A stretch of DNA of 64,000 nt from Eledone cirrhosa (GCA_964016885.1 OZ024742.1:304358001-304422000); one strand, 5' to 3'. Positions 1 to 13,059 are shown, counted from the first letter of the stretch. Numbers and translations are program-made. The notes: generated from the letters alone by a model not told the origin.

Positions 1-370
1 TTCTGTAGTTTATTGTTCTTCCGTTTTGTAAATTTGATCTCCATGATCATATCCATTAGGTCTTGTTCAAATGCATCCAAAAGTGGGTTTGAGGGTGGGT
101 TCTTGTAAGATTTAAATCCAAATTTATCCTTGTTAAGATCCGATGTTTGGTTTATACGGCTTTTGTCAAAATGGAATGTTTTCCATTAGATTCGTCGAAT
201 AAAATCATTGGTCCTTCGTATAATACCTAGAATATATTCCCTTTTTGCCTGAATAGGTATGTTTTTTAACGACATATCCAATTGGTGCCTTTCCATTTTA
301 GAGGCGTATGCTGAATTAGTTGCTCAACTGTATAGGAGATTAATAAAATTTCAGGTTATCAATAATGTAG
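1..370 (-). mobile_element. PLE ORF N-terminal fragment, running off the window start (possibly same clade as the 41.3-44.2 kb element)
   Basis: Minus strand translates as NIPIQAKREYILGIIRRTNDFIRRI*WKTFHFDK...KFGFKSYKNPPSNPLLDAFEQDL. This resembles the conserved region upstream of RT in PLE proteins; one in-frame stop. Confidence 0.6.
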
Positions 371-659
371 TGATAATATATCGTTACGTTATATATATAT
401 ATATATATACATATATATATACACACATATATACACACACACATATACACAACACCATATATACATACAAATAAATATAAATATACACACAAAGAGGAGA
501 AGTGAACGCACCTACACACAGCGATATGCATTCTAACGAACGGCCACTCATACAAATACATACAAATAAGTACTTATACATATACGCATATACACAGGTA
601 CATAAAAACAGCTCTACAAACAGAAAATGCAGATAGGTAAGAAGTAATCGCATAACCAT

Positions 660-2358
660 AGTGGCCGCATTTCAGGTTGAGGAGGGGTGGGGTGGGGTGG
701 GAAGGAGGTAGAGGGGGTTATTATACTTCCGTACTAAGAGGAAATGTGTGTGTATATGTAAGTAAAAGAGTGTGTGTGTATGTAAGTACGAAGCTATGAG
801 CAAAAGTATGTTAATATAAGGATTTGTGAATGGAAAAGTGGAGTGAGCATATTTATTCGGTCGGTATTAGTTGTAATATTAGATGTTAATGATCAAGTGT
901 GAACGAAAGCAATCTAGCGGTAAATGTACAAGCGCGTGTGATAATAGACAGTGTATTAAAGAAATTGAGGAGGTGAGTTGAGTCCAAGAGAGGAATAAGA
1001 CCCAATGTGGTGAATCCTGATGTGCGAGTCCTGTGATCCATGTTGTAAAAGGACAGACACTCAGGACTGAAACATGTAGGGAAAATGACCCGGAGAACAG
1101 AAATGACGGGCAACACGAGAACCAAACGAAGTCGTATGTCCCTCAAATGCTCAGCAAAACGGCCGCCATACGGCGTCGCGTTTGTCCGATGTATAAAGAC
1201 CCGCAAAGGGAACACCGGAGGGCATAGACAGCGTGGGTGGATGTGGAGGTGAAAGAGTGGCGGATACGGAAAGACCCGTTAGTGCCTGTAAGAGTGGTGA
1301 GGGTGGAAATGAAGGGACAAGTGTTGCAGCAGGAACGAGAACAAGCATGAGAGCCGGGTGGAGTCGTGGGAGAGAACGAGAAGGAATGCGAACCAGGAGG
1401 TCACCCAGGAATGGGTGGGCTTTGAAAAAAGCGAGGAGTGACGGGGTCAGAAGAGAGGATGAGGAAGGAACGGAGGATTGTCGCCAGAGTGGTAGGGTGA
1501 TGGGGTGGTAGGTGAGAGGGAAAGGAAGGCGGGTGTTGTGAGGGTGGGGGTGAGGTGAGAGGGCTGTGGTGCGGTCTGTTTCACGGGCGCGGGTGAGAGC
1601 AGCTTGGATCAGGGTGGGGGATATCGACGCTCGATGCAGCAGGAAGCCATGTGAAGGGAATGGGTTTCGAAATCGTCGTCCTGGCTACAGAGCCGACGAA
1701 GACGGTGGAATTGGGAATAGGCTATGGATGTGTTTGGTGTGGGTTGGATGGGAGGAGGTGAAGTCGAGATAAGATTGGGAGTCTGTTGGTTTAATGAAGA
1801 TGGAAGTAGAGAGAGTGTGGTATAGATAGAGAGATATCTAGAAAAGTGACAGAAGAATCGGAGACGGAGGCAGCGGTGAAAGTGAGAGCAGGATGGACAG
1901 ATAGGACAAAAGAAAGAAAACAGCCGAGCTATTCTCGTGATAGAGAGGTGGCACCGATACAGTCGTCGATATAACGATAATTCCCATCGCTACCCCGAAG
2001 ACCTGCTGATAGCATTCACTCGAAAAGGAAAAGCCATTGAGGGTGAGAACAAGCTCAGCCCGACGGAGAAGAGTGGCTGTGCTGGGTTAAGGGGTAAGGC
2101 GTAAGTCTAAAATATGTTGGACAGCGCAGAGGCCGTCATCATACGGGATGACGGTGTAGAGAGAGGTGATGTTCAGGGTAAAGAGAAGGCGAGAGGGACC
2201 TGTGTCGATGATGCCGTGTCGTGATAAAAATATTTCAGCTCTAATCGACGGGAGAACACTTCAATATCGGCACGTGTGCGGAACTCGTCACGGGTAGATG
2301 TGAGTGGTATAAATCGCAAACCACGGGCGAGGAGGGAGCACTCAGCTTCGGAGGTTCA
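660..2358 (-). mobile_element. Degenerate, internally deleted Neptune-like PLE (RT + GIY-YIG)
   Basis: Minus-strand motifs in order: SEAECSLLARGLRFIP...DIEVFSRRLELKYFY (N-terminal domain, ~2220-2350), LFTLNITSLYTVIP (RT motif A, D>N), QVFGVAMG (motif B), RYIDDCIG (motif C), LYIGQT and RFAEHLRDI (GIY-YIG). Stops, frameshifts and deletions throughout; cut by a SINE at ~2360. Confidence 0.85.
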
Positions 2359-2359
2359 T

Positions 2360-2510
2360 AGCAATTACCCAGTACATTACTGGTACTTTATTTTATCGAC
2401 ACCGTAAGGATGAAAGGCAAAGTTAATCTCGGCAGGATTTGAACACAGATCGTAAAGGGACGTAACTATGCTGGAAAGCATGTCCGACCCTCTACCGATA
2501 CTGCCAATTC
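2360..2510 (-). mobile_element. tRNA-derived SINE (family A)
   Basis: Reverse complement has A-box-like TGGCAGTATCGG, B-box GTTCAAATCC and body GAGRTTAACTTTGCCTTTCATCCTTACGG, which recurs more than 10 times in the window. Confidence 0.85.
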
Positions 2511-2574
2511 ACTACACAACTCACATTGACACTCTCTCTCTCTCTGTCTCTCTCTCTCTGTCTCTCTCTCTCTG

Positions 2575-2668
<94 letters not shown>

Positions 2669-2669
2669 C

Positions 2670-2702
<33 letters not shown>

Positions 2703-2804
2703 AGTATATAAATATAGATATATATACATATATAGGGGGTTTAAATCATGAGCGGAACCGAAAAGAGGATTTTGATTAAATAAAATATTCATTTAAATGC
2801 ACTA

Positions 2805-2984
2805 GTAGCAGTATCGGTAGAGGGTCGGACATGCTTTCCAGCATAGTTACGTCCCTTTACGATCTGTTTTCAAATCCTGCCGAGGTTAACTTTGCCTTTC
2901 ATCCTTACGGGGTCGATAAAATAAACTACCAGTAATGTACTGTCTAATTGCTGGCCTTGTGCCTAAAATAGAAACAATTATTAT

Positions 2985-2986
<2 letters not shown>
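2805..2986 (+). mobile_element. tRNA-derived SINE (family A), inverted relative to 2360-2510
   Basis: GCAGTATCGGTAGAGGGTCGG...TTCAAATCCTGCCGAGGTTAACTTTGCC...AGAAACAATTATT. Confidence 0.85.
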
Positions 2987-3059
<73 letters not shown>

Positions 3060-3316
3060 ACTGGAAGTTTAGTAAAATCGTAGTTATCGTGGTGGCCAAG
3101 TGAACGAGTTACAATTAGGTTTGCACAAAGCACTCAATAAGAATGTATCGATGCATATATATATATATATATATAATCAAAAATATCTTTTCCTCTATTT
3201 TCCTGATATATGTCAATTTCTTTGACACACAAACACACGCACACACATATATATATATAAATATAGATATATACGTAAATACATATATACGTGCATATAT
3301 ATATATATATTTATAC

Positions 3317-3364
<48 letters not shown>

Positions 3365-3461
3365 ATGTATGTATGTATGTATGTATGTATGCACGTATAT
3401 GTCTATATATGTATGTATTGCCTGTATTTATATATATATATATATATATAGGAAAAGTATG

Positions 3462-3558
3462 ACCCCGACGGCAGGGCTCAAGCCGTTTCGACGGCTATTT
3501 CTGGACTAAATTAGAATTTTTAGCCTGGTGAATAAACAGCCGAACTTGTCAAGAGGGT
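3462..3558 (-). ncRNA. Inverted copy of the U3-A8 hammerhead
   Basis: Reverse complement ACCCTC-TTGACAA-GTTCGGCTGTTT...AAATAGCCGTC-GAAACGGC..GCCGTC-GGGGT. Confidence 0.65.
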
Positions 3559-3958
3559 ACTTCCTTATATTAATTTTGTATCAGCTCTGGTACTACTCAA
3601 TTTCAACAAGTTTTTTCTATATCAACTTCCTAACCTGTAATTGTAAGATAGCATTGTGATTTTCTTATTCATTTCTCACTATATATTTTTTTATCTTTTT
3701 CTATTATCTTTTATTGTCTCCTACTCTCATTCGATTTACATATTCTATAACCTCCCTCATCCATCTCATACACTATCCTTAGAATCTGCTGTATACATAT
3801 CACTTTCAACTCTTGACCGCTCATGTCACTCCCCTATTGTTCTACGGGCAAGTTCCGCCACCCCTACCTCCCAACAAATCCCATGATAGTCTTATTTGTG
3901 TTTACAACAAATTTTAACGAATCCTCTTGACAACTACAATCTTCCCATATAAGGAAGT

Positions 3959-4054
3959 ACCACCTTGACAAGTCGGCTATTTATTCACCAGGCTAAAATT
4001 TCTAATTTAGCCCAGAAATAGCCGTCGAAACGGCTTGAGCTCTGCCGTCGGGGT
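3959..4054 (+). ncRNA. Type I hammerhead ribozyme, U3-A8 core variant with extended stem II
   Basis: ACCACC-TTGACAA-GTCGGCTATTT[inner hairpin GGCTAAA/TTTAGCC]AAATAGCCGTC-GAAA-CGGC(TTGAGCTCT)GCCG-TC-GGGGT; predicted cleavage after GUC at 4049. Confidence 0.7.
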
Positions 4055-4695
4055 CATACTTTTTCCTATTTCCCACTCTACTACCCTAAGTATTGAGTAC
4101 TCTCGTGCGTTATATGTTCCTTACCACAATTCATTTGTTATATATATATATATATGTTCGGGTATGTGTGTCTGTGTGTTTTTGTGCACGTGCGTATGTG
4201 TGTGTATGTTTCTCCGTACATATGTATGCATATTAACGCATACACACATATACCCCACCCCCCTTATATATATACATATATGTGTAAAAGCAGGGAGAGA
4301 GCGAGGGGTAGAGAAGATGCCTATACAAGTATGCTATTTATATATTTACATCTACACATACATTCACACACGCAAACGTTTATCTGAGTGTATATGTGGT
4401 TTCCAACGTGTGTTTGAGCATGTGTGTTAGGGAATCTATAGCAGAATGAAATGTAAATAACATAAGAGGCGGAATGTTAGAAGTGGCCTTACACAAACAC
4501 AGAACGAGTGACAGACTGAAATAATGGGAATAATATATATGTATATATATATATATATGTATACATATATGTATATATATATATGTATATATATATATGT
4601 ATATATATATATATGTGTATATATATATATATATGCATATATATATTTATATATATGCATATATATATAAGTATGTATATATATATATGTAAATG

Positions 4696-4732
<37 letters not shown>

Positions 4733-4741
4733 ATATATCTT

Positions 4742-4827
<86 letters not shown>

Positions 4828-7800
4828 GAGACGATAAGACATAATGAGACAGCCTGGAAAACAGTGACACAAAGAGAAGTAGGAAGAGGGGAGACAGAGA
4901 GAAAGAGGTGCAGAAAGATAGGGGGGGGGAGAAAGCAGGAAGAAATGGAGAGAGAGGCTTAAAGACAGACAGAGAGACAGACGGACTCACAAGAGATAAA
5001 TAGCGTTTGCAAAGAGAATGAAATGCTTCACTTTAGACAGCTACGTGCTTTAGAATTGTACAGCCCTGCGGATATGCACATCGTTGCAATACCAAATGGA
5101 ATGGTTCCATGGTAATAACAGCAATTAACCATCTGTGCACTCTAATAATGACAAGACTGTTCGATGGTCGGTTCTAACAGTTGCCTGAGATAATGCAGAG
5201 ATTGTCATGATGTGTTCTACAATGCACTCAGCAGTAAGAACTCCTGCCGAAAATCGCCAAACAAAATACATTCTGTTTTCTTTCCATTTTTTTTTTGTCT
5301 TTGCTTGTTTTTGTGTTTCTTTATATATTTCTTCTCCTTTCTCAACGATTCATTCTTTGTTTCTCCCTATCTTTCATTCGTTCTTCCGTTCTTTAATTCT
5401 TTCTTATTATTTATTTTTTTCTAGTTTAGTTTCTACTTTTTCCTTGCCTCTAAATTTCTTCTTTAACTAGAAATATTATTAATATTACCATGCATAAACT
5501 TAAAAATCATCCAAGATGTCACACTTAAATTGTAGCAAACGCCCACACACCCATTTTTATATATTGTTGAACGAATAGAGACCACAGTTAAATAAGGTAC
5601 TCAATACATTAAGTAGAGAGGTTAAATAATTTATTTCAGATTAAAATGACATCTACAGGACTAGTACAGTTTTGTTCAGTGGATGACATAAGTAATACAA
5701 TGTCCCTCTTAATGCGTGAAATGGCATACCAAAATATGGCTGACGAGGTAGCATTTGACTCGTCTTATGTAACTGTTTTTCAGTGTATCCTCTCTGGTGT
5801 TTTTGATGCTGTAGTTCGCCGTCGTCATCGTCGTCATTATTGTTGTTGTTATTATTGTTGTTGATTTGTCGTTGATGCTATTTCTGCTGCTGCTGCCGTA
5901 TTTTTAGTTGTGAAAAGAGGCTGGCTGACATGATCTAAATTTTCCCATCAAGTTTAGAAAATTAGTCTTTCAAGATATTAGTAGCCCGAATTGATTTGAT
6001 ATCTACGCCTTTCCATCATTCACGCTTTGCCAGGTTCCTTGAAAAGAAATTGAGGGAGTATAAGTAAGATATATGTATACAAGTCCAGACATCGATCCCA
6101 TAAGTAAATCGAAAAGCAATGGCTATATTTCCAGGGAAAGAATCCAAACTGGAAAGTAATAGTGTACACTGTGTACATTTCAAATTAAATACCAATATAC
6201 CCAACTATTAGGACAATCGTCTGCTTCAGACTTAATTCTGCTTGAGGCTCTATAATTATTGCGGTTTGCCCTTATTATACTGCTCGGGTGGCTTTCGACA
6301 ATTGTGGCTATTACAAATTGAATTCTACTGACGATATTACTAAAATATATTAAAGGACAATACCAAAGATAATCTTATTATCTCGGTTTGACTTTCTCCA
6401 CGAAATTTCACAATTGTTGACACTTGCAATCTAGATGAGACGATTACATAATTAGTAAAATTCAATGAACTTTTAGCCTTACTTTCACTATAATTCACGG
6501 AATCATACCCTCGACAAATAATGTTATCAACCTCTATGTGTCGGCCAGACATTTTGTACGAGTTTTGCTCCAATTTCTACTGGCTATAACGCCATTCCAA
6601 ATAAATTATCTTGCAAACATTTTCAGATATGCATCATGAACGGGCAAAGAAATATGTGGTGTATAAAGTCATAGATGGCCTTTAGAAACAAATAGGAAAA
6701 ATGGGGAAGTCGATAGTGCTTTTCGTGTTTAGCCTACCTGGATCTGTTAATACGGTTGTCATATATCCGAAGAACCTGTGAAGTGTTATTAAAGCCGGCG
6801 ATTGCGACATATCTCATGGCACTATTGAATATAACGAAAATAGTTAGTTCTATGCAAATGTTATTGTTTCCCATCAAAATATTTGCTTAAATTCACTTTT
6901 AATAGAGGTATATATAAGACCTATGAATTTTGTCTGCTTAATAACCTCGAGCCATAGGCCCAATTAAATCAAATGTAAATCAGTAGCAACGGATTTATTA
7001 ACTAGTTTTTTTTTTTTATTTCGATAGCACAGCATGCTTTTGGCCTTGATAATATCATACGTAGTTGTTAGCTCAATAGCGGTTTCATGATCCATATATC
7101 AATTGATTATAATTAATAAAAAAAATATTTCTTATATTATTTATCAACACTCTAAAGGTGTAAGGGTGAACAAGTTATTAGATGAAACAATAAATTGGTT
7201 CAAGTAATTGCTAAAACGGAAATGGAGCAATGCCCTGTAAGCTGTGAAAGAGTGAATATCTTGCAAATGTTACGTAATAGTACTTGTCTTAACACAAGAG
7301 CCAATTTTTTTAATCGCTGTCCTCAACCCGGAATGAACTAACTCAAACGAAAATTGTCTCCCCTGCAATAGTCAATATGACTTGTCTCACCAAACTAATT
7401 TCGTCTGTCGCGCAGAATCCAATCAACGCTTATACCCTTCCGTTCTCACTGCAGCCTTACAAGGGTTGAACGTTCTTTAAGTGAAACGCGCGACCTCGTG
7501 TACGGTGTGGTAATTTGTGGTGGAACCAAGTCTATAACGAACAGGTAATTCAGACTGAGTGGTCTACTTACATCGGATATAACCTCCCGCTATTTAATCA
7601 ATATATATATATGTTGATTCTCGAGTTATGTTAGGGGTTAACCACAGTTAAAAATATACTCAACAATTTGGTAGAGTATAGGTATGTTTTATTTGATATA
7701 GAAATGACTTCTACTAGGTTAGAACTGTGTTATTCGAATGGAATCATCACGATGAAACAGTTCTAGTCCTGTATCACTTATATATAAATACACTACCTAG

Positions 7801-9036
7801 ACGCAGGTACAGTGACATGCTCGGACATACGTAGACACTTCTTTTGGATACAGGAGCAAGAATAGATAATGGTAAGTAACGTGGAATAATCACCCTTTTC
7901 AGTTGGATATTATCAGGAATATAGTCAGGCTGTAGAGTAAAACAGCATTTCTTGTCACCAATGTTACACTCCGAAAATTAAATAGGACAAAATTTGAAAT
8001 GACCTAACGTTTTCTAAACACTTTTTCTTCGTAGTTCTCACTTTACAACAAATTGCCTTTCAGTCTCCGGATCTCAAAATTTTGACTGTTTTAACTGACA
8101 TTGGGGCACTTCTGTGTGTGCTCACTCAGTTATTTCAACAGCCATTCTTACTTGTTATGCAAATGCCAAAATATGAAAACTAACATGTCCGTAGATGTTG
8201 TTAAAAGCGTATTTAATCTCCATTCAATAAAGTGGTGAACTGATAAAAGCAGCATTCTATCAGCACTTTATCTTGTATTAGCCTGACTATATTAGTATGA
8301 GAGAGATTGGCATTCAAGTGACACAATGTTTACGTGACCTGGGACTATAACATATCTGACACTTCATATCATATGCATATAACTAAGAATCAACACACGG
8401 GAAAATGTCGGGTTTGAACATGGAAATATTCCGATCAAGAGAATTGGATGCTGTGCTTGTTCAATGGAAGACCTTTCTTCTTAAACTGCTGAGATGTCCA
8501 TTCGTGATCTCTTCATAATGTTAAAAACATTAGTGAAATTTAGGTAATGGAACTCCCCCACAACTCTATTGAATTAAAACAAATATAATAGTCGTAGGAA
8601 AAGTATATATTCATTTATATCGGAAGGATAGAAATATAGCTCTGGATTGAACAAATATTCAATCCCAACTAGATAAAACAATTGCTCTGGGATATATAAA
8701 TGTTAAAATGCATATGCATACACACACATATAGTAGGCCACTTATTTATATATACTTCTGCATGAACTTGCGTACTTTTTGCCTCTTTATGGTTTCGAAA
8801 TTTTGTCAACCATTAACTATATTTGTTCAAGAATTTGGTATTGTTTTCTCTAATTTCTATATTAAAGCTGTGCCTACAAAATTTTTCCTTGACATTATAT
8901 CTCTGGATTACTCACATTTTTCACTTGTCTTGCATCTAGTATGCATTGAGCACACTGTCCCCTTCACTGCAAGCAAATAATTCTCATAATTAATCACTTA
9001 TCTCTCTTCTTCGATTAGTTTGTATGCATAACTTTG

Positions 9037-9080
<44 letters not shown>

Positions 9081-9171
9081 AAAGAGATGAAATCGAAAAT
9101 GCAACTGGAGTCTTATTTTTTTTATTTTTTATTTAATTTTTTTTTTTTTAAATATTTATATTTATTTGGTT

Positions 9172-9209
9172 CCTTTACCGGTTTCGCAGTTCTTCTGCTT
9201 TTCAAAAGG
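9172..9209 (-). ncRNA. Minimal type I hammerhead, U3-A8 variant (intact copy)
   Basis: Reverse complement CCTT-TTGAAAA-GCAG(AAGAA)CTGC-GAAA-CCGG-TA-AAGG; palindromic stem III ACCGGT, GUA site. Confidence 0.75.
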
Positions 9210-10325
9210 TGAGTTGAGATGGAAGGTCTGTGGTTTTTCTCACATCTGGTTGGTCTCTGAATGTTACTTGTTTTATATGGAAAAAGTGGCTCGAAATGCC
9301 AGGTTTTTCGAGAAGTAATTTGATTGGTTTGTCAATAATTATAATAAATTTCGCGCCAGTTCGCGTTACAATAGTTCTTCAAATAAGAGGGGGAGGGGGT
9401 TGTCGCAGGTTGTTTTTTCATATATGAGTGTTTGAATTTCTTTTTACTTGAAAAAAGGAGGCTCACGAAGGCTTTTTTGGTTGGTTATAAAAAAATAATG
9501 CCAAGGCAGACATATATGAAAAGTGGCTAAACTCTACCCCAATCATCCTCCCCAAAAAACTCCAAATAAAACCCATCCCGAATGAACCAGAAAACCAACA
9601 AAGACTTAGGGAAAAGATGGCATTGGACAAAATTTAAAACAGAAATAGAACTGTTGCGATTAAGAGCGAACTCCAACGAAGAAAAATTCAAGTCACTCGA
9701 CCAACAGATGGACACAGAAATCTCAAAGCACTCTGAAGTCCTACTCTACAAAAAAAACCTAAAACTTTGGAAAGAAAACTGTGAGGATGAAGAACTAACA
9801 TCCCTCCAGCGATGGGAAAAAAACGCCACCTGGTTCAACAACTACGAAATGGACTTCAAAAATGAACAACATACAGGTAACCCATTTTTAAAACAAACTA
9901 AAACTCACACAACCACATGCACAACAAATAACAAAAAAAGTAACAAAACGTCCAACATACCCCCAGCAAAACTACAACGATAATCCCAGAAACCATAGAC
10001 AAAACTATAACCCTACTAACAAAAACCAAAGATCCCCGAACACAAGGCAGGACCTGATCCGCAGATCACAACCCACACAAAACCTATTCCAAAACCGTAG
10101 ACCCCTGCCCACACAGAGCCTGTTCCAAAACCGTAGATCCCAACCCACACAAAGGAACAAAATCTACAACCCGGACTATCAACAAACCGAACCTCAATAC
10201 GTCCGAAACTTCTATACAAGACCACACAACAACAGGGGAAATACCATTAGATATAATAATACCATTGAAAAAACATTCCAGAAAAATCATTTTTTAGACC
10301 AAGGCTACAGGACTCACGACACCCG

Positions 10326-12110
10326 GTGGCACAAACCGATTTTGAAAAACCGAAAATAATTAACATTTCAAATACAAACCTCTCAGCCCAACAAGTAAAA
10401 ATTCTCTCCAAAGGTCTGAAATTCACACCAACACCACAATACTCTAACCCCAACGAGATAAATGACGATATCTCACACTTCTGTAGAAAATTACGTCTCA
10501 CAGAGGAATTCTTTGACAAGGAGAATAACGACGAATTAATTGTACGGAATAAAAGCAGCTACAACCCAACAAAAGGTAGAAACAGAGTTCTGGACAAATG
10601 TTGTGACCACATAGCTACCTTCCCATATCATGAACTACCGCAACCTAAACCCAAACCCAACACGAGTCGAAGGGAATGGGAGATTATCCATGAACTAAAA
10701 AACAATACGGACATTATAATTAAGCAAGCGGACGAGGGAAGTACTGTTGTCATTATGGAGGCTGAAAAATATAAAAATTCTATGTTCTCTATCTTACAAA
10801 ATACTAATTACTATGATAGAGTAAAAAACTACCAGCAATCAAAAATAATGACCCAATTAAACACACTGATTTATCGATACCAGGAAGACCTAACTAAAAA
10901 GGAACGCGATTATTTAACAAATTTTGAATACAAAACCAGCAACCTTTACGGACTTCCGAAGATCCACAAGTGTAAAATAATCAACGATGCCTGTAAACAA
11001 TCCACCTCAGCCTGCGTGAACACACAATACCCCACATACCTTAAATTAAGACCAATTGTAGCGGGCCCACAATGTGAAACACACAGATTGAGCAACTTTA
11101 TAGGCATACTACTGAAACCAATACTGAAACACATACCAAGCCTTGTAAGAGACGATTTGGACCTCTTAAACCACCTCCCCAAACATGTCAACAACGACAC
11201 TATTATTGTGTCTTTCGATGTAGTGAATCTCTACACAACGATCCCACACCAATACGGACTAGAAGCAATAGGATTCTGGCTAGAGAAATATCCCAATGAG
11301 ATACCTGACAGAATAGAAAAAAGCTTCATCAATGAGGGATTAAAATTCATTCTACAGAACAACTTTTTTGATTTCGATGGCAATACTTACAAGCAAATAT
11401 CGGGGACTGCGATGGGTACAAAAGCCGCTCCAACTTATGCCAAGTTAGTCATGGCATACTTAGAAGTCCAGATATATGAACAGTCCAAATCAAAATACGG
11501 ATTGAACTTCCACAAATATTTATCAGAAAATTGGAAACGCTACTTGGATGATTGCCTCATTTTTTGGTCCCACACACTCGGCCAACTGAAGGATTTCAAA
11601 AACTTAATAAACGGCATCAATAACCACATCCAATTCACAATGGAATACAGCCAAGATCAACTCCCATTTCTGGACATCTTAATCTTAAAAAAAGACACAA
11701 ATATCGAAACTGACATACACTACAAACCAACAGATTCCAAACAATATCTGCTATTCACCTCCAACCATCGAAAGCACACGAAGACGAACATTCCTTTTAA
11801 CCTAGCAAGAAGAATTTGCACAATTGTCTCCAATTATGAAACGCGAAATAAAAGACTTCAAGAATTAAAGGAAATTCTACTCGAGAGAGAGTACCCACTA
11901 TTACTAATAAATAATGGAATAGAAAGGGCTAAAGCAATAGGCATTGATGAATTACGGAAACAGAAACAAATTCAAGGTACGTCCAATATTCTATCATATA
12001 TCTCAACACACAACCCAAGAAATGCGGAAGCTTACAACACTATTCACAATAACATCCCACTACTAAAACAAAACCCAAGAATGAAAAATCCCTTGAAACA
12101 CACAAAATAA
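10326..12110 (+). CDS. PLE reverse transcriptase (594 aa open stretch)
   Basis: LSKGLKFTP, IKQADEG, LYGLPKIHK, LRPIV, SFDVVNLYT (motif A), QISGTAMG (motif B), RYLDD (motif C), LPFLD, HYKPTD. The upstream part of the ORF (9582-9983 and beyond) is separated by frameshifts. Confidence 0.93.
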   Translation: MAQTDFEKPKIINISNTNLSAQQVKILSKGLKFTPTPQYSNPNEINDDISHFCRKLRLTEEFFDKENNDELIVRNKSSYNPTKGRNRVLDKCCDHIATFPYHELPQPKPKPNTSRREWEIIHELKNNTDIIIKQADEGSTVVIMEAEKYKNSMFSILQNTNYYDRVKNYQQSKIMTQLNTLIYRYQEDLTKKERDYLTNFEYKTSNLYGLPKIHKCKIINDACKQSTSACVNTQYPTYLKLRPIVAGPQCETHRLSNFIGILLKPILKHIPSLVRDDLDLLNHLPKHVNNDTIIVSFDVVNLYTTIPHQYGLEAIGFWLEKYPNEIPDRIEKSFINEGLKFILQNNFFDFDGNTYKQISGTAMGTKAAPTYAKLVMAYLEVQIYEQSKSKYGLNFHKYLSENWKRYLDDCLIFWSHTLGQLKDFKNLINGINNHIQFTMEYSQDQLPFLDILILKKDTNIETDIHYKPTDSKQYLLFTSNHRKHTKTNIPFNLARRICTIVSNYETRNKRLQELKEILLEREYPLLLINNGIERAKAIGIDELRKQKQIQGTSNILSYISTHNPRNAEAYNTIHNNIPLLKQNPRMKNPLKHTK

Positions 12111-12595
12111 TCAAAAGCAAAAGACAACCAAAATCACTGAAAACATTACTCACCAATGCCAAATTACCTACCACAAACCCACAACCAAGTATAAAAAAAT
12201 GTGGTCGCTCTAATTGTGGAACCTGCACTCACCTCATTGAAGGCAACACGTATACATTTAAATCAGGACAAAATTTTACTGTAAAAAATCACTTCACTTG
12301 CTCATCAAAAAATCTACTTCATGCCATTAAATGTAAAGGATGCAATGAAGATTATATAGGACAAACTAAACTCACACTCAGAAACAGAATGACAGTTCAT
12401 CGCCAACAATTACGACATCCAACCACGAGACAGATACCACTAAGTGCACATCTAGACATTTGCGCAAGTAATAAGACACCCAAATTCCAAGTCTTCCCAT
12501 TTTACCTTTGCGCTAACAATACAACAGAACAAATGCGAATAAATAAGGAAAATATGTTTATTCAAAAATATAGACCAACATTAAATATGGCTTAA
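12105..12595 (+). pseudogene. Cys-rich linker and GIY-YIG endonuclease of the same PLE, frameshifted from RT
   Basis: KIIKSKRQPKSLKTLL...KCGRSNCGTC...FTCSSKNLLHAIKCKGCNEDYIGQT...RMTVHRQQ...HLDIC...ENMFIQKYRPTLN. Confidence 0.9.
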
Positions 12596-13059
12596 TATAC
12601 ATTATGTCAACACCATAATATGACATACACACACACACATAACACCTTCTACTTTAGAAAATAAAAACCCGAACTAAATAAACCTTAACATACGTTTGCA
12701 CTGACAATAGAACAGCAAACACGAATAAGTAAGGAAAATATGTTCATTCAAAAATATTCCTACTAAAGGAATCACTTTCCTACACACACACATACACACA
12801 CACACAATATATATATATATATATATACTCTCTTCATCTTAACATGCTAACCATACTCCCACACACATAACACCCATACACACACATAACAACGCCCACA
12901 CCTACAACTCCCTCCCCATTTCTACTAATAGAACCACTTTCCTACACACATATATATACACACACACAAAATATATATTCTCTCCATCTTAACATACTCG
13001 CACACACACACAACTCCCTCCTCTATTTCTACTAATAGAATCATCTTCCAAAACACACA

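Larger units (their letters stand above)
3451..4140. mobile_element. Non-coding PLE-derived fold-back insertion in (TA)n
   Basis: 3451-3569 is the inverted repeat of ~3947-4067; both outer ends abut (TA)n; each arm carries an HHR motif. Confidence 0.8.

Noticed and set aside
7715-7770. Hairpin TAGAACTGT...ACAGTTCTA with HHR-like fragments
   Set aside because: It may be another small fold-back, but no complete core could be assembled.
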